A DNA stretch of 64,000 nt from a virus. The DNA is taken from positions 31,532 to 95,531 of IMG/VR virus record IMGVR_UViG_3300032898_000001. One strand, written 5' to 3'. Below the pieces are notes generated by a model. That model worked only from the letters and a program-made list of their open reading frames with translations, had not been told where the DNA came from and did no database searches. Within the stretch, counting starts at the first letter, position 1, and every line of letters begins with the position of its first letter. The position numbers and the translations under genes were made by a program. Positions 39,798-47,802 of this stretch are shown piece after piece.

Positions 39798-39828
39798 TGT
39801 TTACATCTATGTCGTGATGTGATATGGT
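39798..39828 (+). promoter_or_regulatory. Sigma70-type promoter, TGTTTACA family
   Basis: TGTTTACA-N17-TATGGT. Confidence 0.7.
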
Positions 39829-39864
39829 TGCCTCTCCTGGAAGACGGAACCGGAAGAGAGTGAC

Positions 39865-40949
39865 ATGACCGACAACGCTCACGACCTCAACGTCACGCTG
39901 AACCTCGACAACGAGGAGATCGCGCAGCTCATCTGCGACAACGTCCACGACCAAAACGACCTCATCGCGATCATCATGAGGATCGACCAGCTCGTGGAGG
40001 ACTGGGACTTCACCCTGACCCTGGCCGCCAACTTCGAGAAGCTGCGACTCGAGTTCCTCGAGGAGTTCCCGGAGAGCGACGAGGACGAGGCTACGGTACG
40101 GGGCCTGGTGGATGAGGCCGTGAGTGATGCGTGACGCGCTACCGTTCCTCGCCGTCATCGGCTCGTTTCTCGTCGTCGGCGCGCTCGTGATCGTCCTGGT
40201 CGCACACCCGGGATCCCTGGGACCCGTTGGCCCCCACGGTGGGATCGGTCCCGAAGTCGTCGTCACCTCTCCCTGATCGAAAGGCAGTAGTGGGCAAGCA
40301 CTTCTGGAACAGTCGTGAGTCGGACGCGAACAAGAAGCGCGCCGAGCAGCTCAAGAAGAACAAGGAGGCCAACGGGAAAAGCGTCCCGGAGCATCCCCGG
40401 AAAAAGTTCCACTGGTTCAAGAAATCTCATTGATCAACTGTGGTATGATCCATACGTGAACCCGAACCAGGAACCGGAAGAAGAGACCGTGAACCACAAC
40501 TACGACGAGGATCCCTGGTACAACGGCGACCTGCTCGAGGAACCGCTCGCCACACCGTCTCGTTTCGATAACGAGCCCCTCTACAAGACGTTGACGGGCT
40601 GGTTCGTCGCGATCGGTACCGGGATCCTCGTGGTCGTCGTCCTGCTGATGGCGATCGCGGTAGGAAGGGACCTGCTGTGATCGCGCTTACGAAAGTCGAG
40701 AACCGCTTGAGTTCTCTCGTGTCCTGGTGGTTCCTGAAGGCCTACCTGAGAGTGATCAGCGGCAAGACGCGCGGCTGGGACCGCCTGATCTACCGGCTCG
40801 ACCGCGACGAGAAGAGGCAGTATCGGGTCTGGCTGCAAGTGATCCGCGGGCAGTCAATGGTGAAGCACCTGGCCGCGACGAGCCGGTCTCCTGGCCAGCT
40901 GCTCACCGTCATCAACGCCGTGCTCACGACACACCTGCCGTCCAGCTGA
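39865..40949 (+). other. Small hypothetical genes (39865-40134 very acidic; 40290-40433 basic; 40489-40680 membrane; 40677-40949)
   Basis: Short ORFs with RBS or GGAA leaders. Confidence 0.6.
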
Positions 40950-40961
40950 GCCACGAACGAC

Positions 40962-40990
40962 AGAGCCCCGACCTCACGGTCGGGGCTCTT
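40962..40990. terminator. Terminator-like hairpin between convergent units
   Basis: AGAGCCCCGACC-TCAC-GGTCGGGGCTCT. Confidence 0.65.
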
Positions 40991-41526
40991 CGTGCACCCG
41001 GTATTAAGTTGATGACTTTCGGACGGTCATACCATACCGACCGCGGTACCGGCTCGTCCTCAGGTTTTCAGCAGCCTCTTCATCCGTCGGGTCGCGTCCC
41101 AGCGAGTCAGGTGGTAGCTCAGCGGTCGCCACGGGAGGTACCCGGCGTTGTCGGTCTTGGCCAGCTCCCAGCGGAACAGCCGACCCCGGACCCGGAAGAC
41201 GCCGTACGTCGGTTGCGGTTCCATCACTCAACGACCGGAACGGCGATGTAGCTGACGTACGTCCCGTCGTCGGTCCGGACCGTGGCGTGACGGGTCCCGT
41301 GGCTCGACCACGCTAGCTTCTCCGCCTCCGGTCGCAGCTTGAAGTGGTCTTGGATGGCCTGCTTCTCGGCCTCCCAGCGAAACGCGGTCGCTTGACCGAT
41401 GACGGTCAGGTCGGACGGGAGATCGTCTCCCACGGTGGTCACCCTCAGGGTCACCCACGCCTTGGCTCCCTTACCGATGGGCACGGTTGGCTCCTTTCCT
41501 ACGCGCGAGCGCACGCAATGAGATGA

Positions 41527-41588
41527 CCATACCAGTTCAACCGGGTGACGTAAACGACTGTACACGGCGTCTCCCGGCGTGGTATTGT
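41527..41588. promoter_or_regulatory. Divergent promoters; the rightward one drives the Y-RNA/Ro operon
   Basis: +: TGTACA-N18-TATTGT; -: TTTACG-N17-TATGGT. Confidence 0.55.
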
Positions 41589-41655
41589 TCATACCATCAG
41601 GTCGCACGGAGACAGTTCCTCCGGGGGATCCTGGGATCGGGAACCAAGAGCGGTC

Positions 41656-41733
41656 CCCGTCCGGTGCGAGGCACCGCCGCTACTTCTTCACAAAAAGTCT
41701 ACGCGGCTACCGCCACCTTTGACCTCGGACGGG
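41656..41733 (+). ncRNA. Y-RNA-like 1 (short, no tRNA-like domain)
   Basis: CCCGTCCG-GTGCG ... GACCT-CGGACGGG closing stem; TACTTC loop. Confidence 0.7.
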
Positions 41734-41761
41734 TTCGCTGGTACCTTGATAACTACAGACT

Positions 41762-41864
41762 TCTCTCCGGTGCGACGTCGGTCGTTCCTTCTCTTGCCAG
41801 CGGGGTCACTCCCGCAACGGGGACCTAAGAGACCCCACCGACCGGCAGCGAGACCTCGGAGAGA
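41762..41864 (+). ncRNA. Y-RNA-like 2
   Basis: TCTCTCCG-GTGCG ... GACCT-CGGAGAGA; two internal hairpins. Confidence 0.7.
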
Positions 41865-41872
41865 GCACTACT

Positions 41873-42003
41873 TCTCTCTGGTGCGCTGCTCGGCCGTTAC
41901 TTCTGCAAAGAAATCTGAGTTCGAATCTCAGTGACCGGCTAGCCCCGGTCATTAGCCCAAACTGGTATGGGCATCTCGGCTGACAACCCTGATCTCAGAG
42001 AGA
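41873..42003 (+). ncRNA. Y-RNA-like 3 (YrlA type, permuted tRNA domain)
   Basis: TCTCTCTG-GTGCG..GATCT-CAGAGAGA; T arm CTGAG-TTCGAAT-CTCAG, closed acceptor TGACCGG/CCGGTCA, D arm GCCC..GGGC. Confidence 0.85.
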
Positions 42004-42010
42004 CAGATCT

Positions 42011-42137
42011 TCTCTTCGGTGCGACGTGATCACATACTTCGCTGACCAAAAGATCTACCCCAGCGGGAGAGGTTCGACTCCTCTTCAGATCCACAGGCGG
42101 ACGGCCGCCGCGTGATTGCAGCGAGACCTCGAAGAGA
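42011..42137 (+). ncRNA. Y-RNA-like 4 (T arm only)
   Basis: TCTCTTCG-GTGCG..GACCT-CGAAGAGA; AGAGG-TTCGACT-CCTCT. Confidence 0.75.
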
Positions 42138-42144
42138 TCTAAGC

Positions 42145-42292
42145 GTTCTTCTCGGTGCGTAGCTACGAGATACTTCATGAGGAACTGAGGGTTACGGGTT
42201 CGAGTCCCGGACTCCCGATCTAACGGGAGGTAGCTCAATTGGTAGAGCATCAGTATAGCAAGCCTCGTTGCGACCCTGATCTCGAGAAGAAC
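42145..42292 (+). ncRNA. Y-RNA-like 5 (YrlA type)
   Basis: GTTCTTCTCG-GTGCG..GATCT-CGAGAAGAAC; T arm, CTCCCG/CGGGAG, TAGCTCAATTGGTAGAGC D arm. Confidence 0.88.
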
Positions 42293-42296
42293 ACCC

Positions 42297-42368
42297 GCCC
42301 CTGTAGCTCAGCGGGAGAGCGGCTGTCTTACAAGCAGCTGGTCGGTGGTTCGAATCCATCTGGGGGCA
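42297..42368 (+). tRNA. tRNA-Val(TAC)
   Basis: Cloverleaf; GCTGT-CTTACAA-GCAGC; A discriminator. Confidence 0.9.
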
Positions 42369-42369
42369 C

Positions 42370-42515
42370 GGATGCCTCGGTGCGCAGTTGAGACGTTCTT
42401 CGTCTGATAAACGAGTGGTCGTGGGTTCGAATCCCATCGTGGTCCGGGTACCGGATCGCGTAGCTCAACGGTAGAGCACTATGTCCGTCTTGACGACCTC
42501 GATCTCGAGGCATCC
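42370..42515 (+). ncRNA. Y-RNA-like 6 (YrlA type, retains an Ile(GAT)-like anticodon arm)
   Basis: GGATGCCTCG-GTGCG..GATCT-CGAGGCATCC; TCGT-CTGATAA-ACGA, T arm, closed acceptor, D arm. Confidence 0.88.
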
Positions 42516-42529
42516 TCGGTAAGAGCGCC

Positions 42530-42605
42530 AACCCGGTGCGACGACCACGGCCGTTACTTCCTTGTGGTGGATTCCAACACGGTCAGGTCACTTAGATCTC
42601 GGGTT
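42530..42605 (+). ncRNA. Y-RNA-like 7 (short)
   Basis: AACCCG-GTGCG..GATCT-CGGGTT; TACTTC loop. Confidence 0.7.
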
Positions 42606-42621
42606 CTGCGCTCTTACGTGA

Positions 42622-42694
42622 CGCGGGGTGTTGTAATCGGTAACCTGCCGGCCTCATAAGCCGGGCGTTCCGGGTTCGAATCCCGGCCCCGCTA
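42622..42694 (+). tRNA. tRNA-Met(CAT), initiator-like
   Basis: CGCGGGG/CCCCGCT with unpaired C1; CCGGC-CTCATAA-GCCGG. Confidence 0.88.
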
Positions 42695-42738
42695 CCGCGT
42701 AAGAGCACGGAACTCGGAAGACGGAAGAGAGGAACGAG

Positions 42739-44409
42739 ATGGCGGGATTCAACCGCGGCACGGTCAAGGCGACGGGGCGCGGGCCCCTCGCGACCGCGCC
42801 GACCCCGACGGGAACCACCCACGAGGGCGGCCCGGGCTACCAGCGCGACGCGAAGAGCGAGCTCTTTCTGCGTGCGACCACAATGTTCGTGGGCGAGAAG
42901 GCCTTCTACGAGTCCGCGAACGAGGGGGCGAACCGGCTGCGGGTCCTCGTGGCCGAGATCGTGAAGACCGACGAGGGCTGGGAGTGGCTGAAGGGCTTCC
43001 TGCCCTGGCTGCGGTCCGAGGCCAACATCCGCACCGCGGGCATCCTGCTCTCGGTGGAGGCGGTGCACGCCCGGCTGGCCTACGGCCTGCACGGGAACGG
43101 TAACCGGGAGCTCATCTCGCGGGTCCTGCAGCGCGCCGATGAGCCGGGTGAGGTCCTGGCTTACTGGACGTCCCGGTACGGCAAGGCGATCCCGAAGCCG
43201 ATCAAGCGAGGCGTCGCCGACGCAGCCACGCGGCTCTACTCGGAGCGCGGTTTCCTGCGATACGACAGCGACGCCAAGTCCTTCCGGTTCGGGGACGTTC
43301 TGGAACTGACCCACCCGGAGACCGACAAGGTGTGGCAGAAGGACCTGTTCAGCTGGGCGATCACGTCCCGGCAGGAGCGAGAGGGTGCCGAGCCGGCCGA
43401 GACGCTCGAGGCCGTTCGCCTGCGACGTGAACTGTCCCGACTTCCCGCCGAGCGCCGGCACGAGATCGCTCGCGGGGCCCTGGCTGGGGAAGGAACCGCT
43501 CGGAACGACATCGAGCGCGCCGCGGCCGGCCAGTGGGAGTGGGTCATCAGCTGGCTGGGGGACAAGCCCACTAGCGGCAAGGGCCTCACCAAGGCCGAGC
43601 AGTGGCAGCTCATCCTGCCGTCCCTCGGCTACATGGCCCTGATCCGCAACCTGCGGAACCTGGACCAGGCCGAGCTGGACGACGTGACCGCGGGCGGCCT
43701 CGCGACCCGGATCGCGAACCCGGAGCACGTCGCCACGTCGCGGCAGCTTCCGTTCCGGTTCTACTCGGCGTACAAGGAAGCCCCGTCCCTGCGGTGGAGC
43801 CACGCCCTGGACCGGGCCATGAGCCTGTCCCTGCAGAACGTGCCCGAGCTCACGGGCCGGTCCCTGATCCTCATCGACACCTCGGGATCCATGGAGATAC
43901 CGATGTCGAACCGGAGCGACCGGACCCGGGTGGAGGCCGCGGCGATCTTCGGCCTGGCATTGGCCCTGAAGAACCCGGAGAGCGTGGACGTATACGGCTT
44001 CGCGTCCGGAGAGTTCAAGGTCACCGGCGTGGACCGCGGCCTGAGCCTGCTCAAGGCCGTGGAGGCGTTCATCAGCCAGGTGGGCCGAGTCGGTCACGGC
44101 ACGGACATCCACGGGGCGGTGCAGCGTCAGTTCGTGGCAGGTCGCCACGACCGCGTGTTCATCTTCACGGACATGCAGACCGTGGGGACTTCGGGGTACG
44201 GTTACCGGAACAACACCATCGCCGAGCTCGTCCCGGCGAGCGTCCCGGTGTACGGTTTCAATCTGGCCGGCTACCAGCACTCGGCGATGCCGGTCGGGGA
44301 GGGCAACCGCCACGAGCTCGGTGGTCTCGGTGACGGCACGTTCTCGTTGATCCCGCAGCTCGAGGCCGGGACCACCGCGCGGTGGCCGTGGGAGACCACC
44401 GACGAGTGA
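42739..44409 (+). CDS. Ro60-like TROVE + vWA RNA-binding protein (Rsr homologue)
   Basis: THEGGPGY..KSELF, LQRADEPGE, KPIKRGVADA, DVLELTHP, MALIRNLRNL, SRQLPFRF, vWA MIDAS IDTSGSM, FTDMQ. Confidence 0.95.
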   Translation: MAGFNRGTVKATGRGPLATAPTPTGTTHEGGPGYQRDAKSELFLRATTMFVGEKAFYESANEGANRLRVLVAEIVKTDEGWEWLKGFLPWLRSEANIRTAGILLSVEAVHARLAYGLHGNGNRELISRVLQRADEPGEVLAYWTSRYGKAIPKPIKRGVADAATRLYSERGFLRYDSDAKSFRFGDVLELTHPETDKVWQKDLFSWAITSRQEREGAEPAETLEAVRLRRELSRLPAERRHEIARGALAGEGTARNDIERAAAGQWEWVISWLGDKPTSGKGLTKAEQWQLILPSLGYMALIRNLRNLDQAELDDVTAGGLATRIANPEHVATSRQLPFRFYSAYKEAPSLRWSHALDRAMSLSLQNVPELTGRSLILIDTSGSMEIPMSNRSDRTRVEAAAIFGLALALKNPESVDVYGFASGEFKVTGVDRGLSLLKAVEAFISQVGRVGHGTDIHGAVQRQFVAGRHDRVFIFTDMQTVGTSGYGYRNNTIAELVPASVPVYGFNLAGYQHSAMPVGEGNRHELGGLGDGTFSLIPQLEAGTTARWPWETTDE

Positions 44410-44446
44410 TAGTGCCACTCGATGATCTGGCTGTTATAATCTCACC

Positions 44447-45100
44447 ATGATGCCTGGTCAGCGGGTTCTTCGTGATCGCCTCAAGGTCGCCATCGACACC
44501 ACGATGGTGATCTACGGGCGCCTCAACACGATCAAGGCGGAGAAGAGCACCGTCATCGGAGACGGGGCCAGCCACGGCAAGATCGATCACTCACAGCCGC
44601 CGTGGAACGCCCCCGTCGTCAACCTGATGTTCGACCTGCACGCGTGGTCTCGGGACACCGAGGCCACGCTGCGGCGTGTCCTGAACCTGTCCGACCTGCA
44701 CCGGGGCGGCAGCGACGAGAACACGACCTGGGCGGTCAAGAGCCTCAGCAACCTGGCCGAGAGCGTGGAGGACCCGCGGGTCGCGGAGCTCGTGTCCTGG
44801 CTGGAGGGCTGGTCGAACCGGGCTCAGATCATTCTCGGAGAACGAGACAGCCCGCGGCGCCTGCCGCGCCAGCCCGCCGAGCCCGAGCCGTTCTGCCCCT
44901 ACTGCACGTGTCACACGCTCCGGTTCTGGGCGAGCCGGGGCGTGGTGCGCTGCGTCAACCCGACGTGTCGAGACGGGGAGGGACTCCGGCCGGCCGCGAT
45001 CATGGAGTACTCGGTGGTGGCCCTGGACTGGGTCCTCGCCTGGAAAGACGGCACGGTGGGACTTCCGACCGCGTCGGTGCTGAAACGAGAGGTTGCCTGA
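44447..45100 (+). CDS. Hypothetical protein with C-terminal zinc ribbon (possible late regulator)
   Basis: CPYC..L...VRCVNPTC. Confidence 0.65.
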   Translation: MMPGQRVLRDRLKVAIDTTMVIYGRLNTIKAEKSTVIGDGASHGKIDHSQPPWNAPVVNLMFDLHAWSRDTEATLRRVLNLSDLHRGGSDENTTWAVKSLSNLAESVEDPRVAELVSWLEGWSNRAQIILGERDSPRRLPRQPAEPEPFCPYCTCHTLRFWASRGVVRCVNPTCRDGEGLRPAAIMEYSVVALDWVLAWKDGTVGLPTASVLKREVA

Positions 45101-45101
45101 G

Positions 45102-45410
45102 ATGAGCGATGCCCCCGTCGGCTCCGAGTCACCCGCACGCGGCGTCACCGCCCCTCGCCGTGGCTGGTCATCCGGGAACCTTCCCGTCATCTCTACGGAC
45201 GACCCCAACTACTGGTCGGTCGCGGACGCCAGCAGCCTGCTCGGGCCTCCCGACCTGAACGAGAACCAGGTTCGCCAGCTCGTGCGCCTGGCCGGTCTCG
45301 AGCCGGTGGGGAAGCGGTACGCCGGTAGCCGGCGTCGTCACGTGCGCGTGTACCCCGCGACGGCGTTCATCCAGGCGTTCGAGAAGATCGCGACGATCAT
45401 CGCGACCTGA
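45102..45410 (+). CDS. HTH DNA-binding protein (MerR/Xis-like)
   Basis: WSVADASSLL..NQVRQLVRLAGLEPVG..RVY. Confidence 0.6.
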   Translation: MSDAPVGSESPARGVTAPRRGWSSGNLPVISTDDPNYWSVADASSLLGPPDLNENQVRQLVRLAGLEPVGKRYAGSRRRHVRVYPATAFIQAFEKIATIIAT

Positions 45411-45730
45411 CCGTGATATGAACCTGTTACTTTTTTCGCTCTAGGGGTTTACAAGTGCCGGGCGCCTGGTTAGGTTCAGAGCATGCGCTCAACCGGGTGT
45501 TGGCAGACCTCATTGGGACGAGATATACTATGTCCTAGGGAGCTCGTGTCTTCAGACCCTGGTTGGGCGCCATCAGCGCCCGTGCCGGTACGCTCCTTTA
45601 CCCCGATCAACGGCCCCTTCCTGGCCCACGCGACCGGCACCGTCACCTCGATCCTCGCGCCAACCGGCGCGGTCGGTGACACGGCGGACCTAGCCCATCA
45701 CCGGGCGCGAAACCAGGAGCGTGTGAGACC

Positions 45731-46456
45731 ATGCGATCTTCCCTTGGGAAGACCCTCGTCGGAACCGCGGTTGCAGTTACCCTCTCGATCGGCGTCGTCT
45801 CGGCTGGCAGCCTGACGACCGCTCTCGCCTCACCCAGCAGCACCCCCACCCCGATCACCGTCGCCGACGTCGCGACCGTTTACCCCGGCAGCGGGGAGAC
45901 CATCAGCCAGGACATCGGCTGGCACCCCGAGATCCGCGTCAAGCCCACCGTTGTCACCGTCACCGGCGGAGACACGCTGACGAGGCTCGCCGTGACCTGG
46001 TGTGGGACCCCGAGCGACTGGCCGGGCCTGTTTGTCAAGAACCAGGGCACCATCGGAAGTGACCCGGACTCCCTGAAGATCGGGCAGAGCCTGACGATCA
46101 GCTGCGATCCCTCGATCGCGCCGCCGGCTCCAGCTCCCAAGCCGCGGCCGAAGCCGCAGGTCACTACCGTGGCGGCCGTCAAGCCGACTCACCACAGCGC
46201 GGGAACGACCCACGTCTCCACCGGGGGCAGCGGTTTCGAGGCGTGCGTCATCCGACGCGAATCCGGGGGCAACCCGCGAGCGGTCAACCCGTCCTCGGGA
46301 GCGGGAGGCCTCTACCAGTTCCTGCCGTCGACCTGGCACAGTCTCGGCTACTCGGGACTGCCGGAAGACGCCCCGGTCAGTGAGCAGCAGGCCGCCTTCG
46401 CCAAGGAGTACGCCAAGTCCGGAAGCTCGGCCTGGGGTCCCTACGACGGTTGCTGA
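45731..46456 (+). CDS. Secreted LysM + Rpf-like lytic transglycosylase
   Basis: Signal peptide; VTVTGGDTLTRLA..NQ..I..PDSLKIGQSL (LysM); CVIRRESGGN..GLYQF..STW..A...EQ..G..AW..C. Confidence 0.88.
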   Translation: MRSSLGKTLVGTAVAVTLSIGVVSAGSLTTALASPSSTPTPITVADVATVYPGSGETISQDIGWHPEIRVKPTVVTVTGGDTLTRLAVTWCGTPSDWPGLFVKNQGTIGSDPDSLKIGQSLTISCDPSIAPPAPAPKPRPKPQVTTVAAVKPTHHSAGTTHVSTGGSGFEACVIRRESGGNPRAVNPSSGAGGLYQFLPSTWHSLGYSGLPEDAPVSEQQAAFAKEYAKSGSSAWGPYDGC

Positions 46457-46582
46457 AGTACTCGGAACGGAACCCGGTTGCCAGCCCACACGCCGGGTTC
46501 CGTCCCGTCCACCGAACCTGGACCCACCGTATGATAGAGGGGTACCGCACCGCTCTGACCGCTAAACCTCGTGGAGGTCACC

Positions 46583-47116
46583 GTGCCCGCGTATGACGAC
46601 GACGCCACGTTCCTGATCCCCCTGCCCAACTCGCGGTCCGTCACGCGGAAGGGCCGGAGCCGGGACGCCGAGGCCGCTCGCCTCAAGGCCCTGGGCTGGA
46701 CCCTCGACGAGATCTGCGATCACCTGGAGCTCGGTCCGGACACGACCCGCGCCGCGGCCGCCATCAAGCGCGGCCTGGCCTCCATCGTGCGGTTCGCGAC
46801 CGACGAGCACCGGGAGATGGAGCTTCAGTCCTACGACGAGCTCGAGGCCGAGTGCTGGCGGTTGCTCCGGGTCAACCACGTCCTGGTCGATCGCGGCCAG
46901 GTCGTGCGGTCGGACACCGGGGAGCCCATCACCGATGACCGGTTCGTGCTCGAGACCGTCGACCGCATCCTGAAGATCAAGGAACGGCGGGCGCGGCTCC
47001 TCGGGATCGACGCCCCGTCCCGGTCCGAGGTCCTCAACATCGACTCGATCGACGCCGAGATCGCGAAGCTCGAGGCCGAGATCGAGAGCACTCGCGTCCC
47101 GCTGGCGGAGCAGTGA
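46583..47116 (+). CDS. Putative terminase small subunit
   Basis: AARLKALGWTLDEIC (HTH), DRILKIKERRARLLGIDAP; upstream of TerL. Confidence 0.75.
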   Translation: MPAYDDDATFLIPLPNSRSVTRKGRSRDAEAARLKALGWTLDEICDHLELGPDTTRAAAAIKRGLASIVRFATDEHREMELQSYDELEAECWRLLRVNHVLVDRGQVVRSDTGEPITDDRFVLETVDRILKIKERRARLLGIDAPSRSEVLNIDSIDAEIAKLEAEIESTRVPLAEQ

Positions 47117-47793
47117 CGACCGTCGAGAAGGCGATCCCGGCCGGGTTCCAGTACCGGCCCATCGACAAGTTCGTGGTCGAGGAGGTCTTCGTCGGCCGCG
47201 TCTACAAGCGGCTCACGCCCCGTGAGACCGACACGGTCCTTGACCTCGGCGCGCACGTCGGGGCCTTCACGACCTGGATCGCGCCGTACGTGGAGCGCGT
47301 CGTGGCCGTGGAGATGATCCCGGAGACCGCGCGGTACCTGCACCTCAACGTCGACGGGATCGCTCACGTCGAGGTTCTCGAGGGAGCGGTCACCGGAGAG
47401 CTGGGAACGGCCGTCACGGCGTACACCCGAGGCCACGGCAACCCGATGAGCGCGTTCTCGGGCCTGTCGGAGCGTCAGCCCCGCGCGGGAGACCACGCCT
47501 TCACGGTCCAGGCCCGGCCGCTGCCCTGGCTGCTGAACCAGTACAAGCCAGACATCATCAAGTTCGACATCGAGACCGCCGAGTACTCGGTGATCACCCC
47601 GAACGCGTTTCAGCTCGCGAACTGGGAGGTCCGGGAGCTCATCGGGGAGCTGCACGCCAGCACCGACCACACCGTCCGCCTGGCCCAGGAGCTGCACCAC
47701 TCCCTCCAGGCCGTCGGCTACCGGCCGTCCGGCCCCGCCCCGCAGAAGCCCTCCGGGTGGGGCAAGGTCGTTCACTACCACCTGGACCTGTAG
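47113..47793 (+). CDS. FkbM-family SAM-dependent methyltransferase
   Basis: VLDLGAHVGAF, VVAVE, DIIKFDIETAE. Confidence 0.85.
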   Translation: MTTVEKAIPAGFQYRPIDKFVVEEVFVGRVYKRLTPRETDTVLDLGAHVGAFTTWIAPYVERVVAVEMIPETARYLHLNVDGIAHVEVLEGAVTGELGTAVTAYTRGHGNPMSAFSGLSERQPRAGDHAFTVQARPLPWLLNQYKPDIIKFDIETAEYSVITPNAFQLANWEVRELIGELHASTDHTVRLAQELHHSLQAVGYRPSGPAPQKPSGWGKVVHYHLDL

Positions 47794-47802
47794 CCAGGGG
47801 CG

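Noticed and set aside
41487-42531. ORFs called across the Y-RNA region and across the tRNA cluster (23131-24786)
   Set aside because: They overlap clear structured RNA genes and have no coding signature, except the small ORF at 23685-23822
41656-42605. Possible CRISPR array (recurring GGTGCG/GAYCTC motifs)
   Set aside because: Repeats are short paired structural motifs with variable spacing; no cas genes; Y-RNA model fits better
45560-45730. c-di-AMP (ydaO) riboswitch before the Rpf-like gene
   Set aside because: Consensus elements such as GCCGAATCC and CCGTCAGCTAAC are absent
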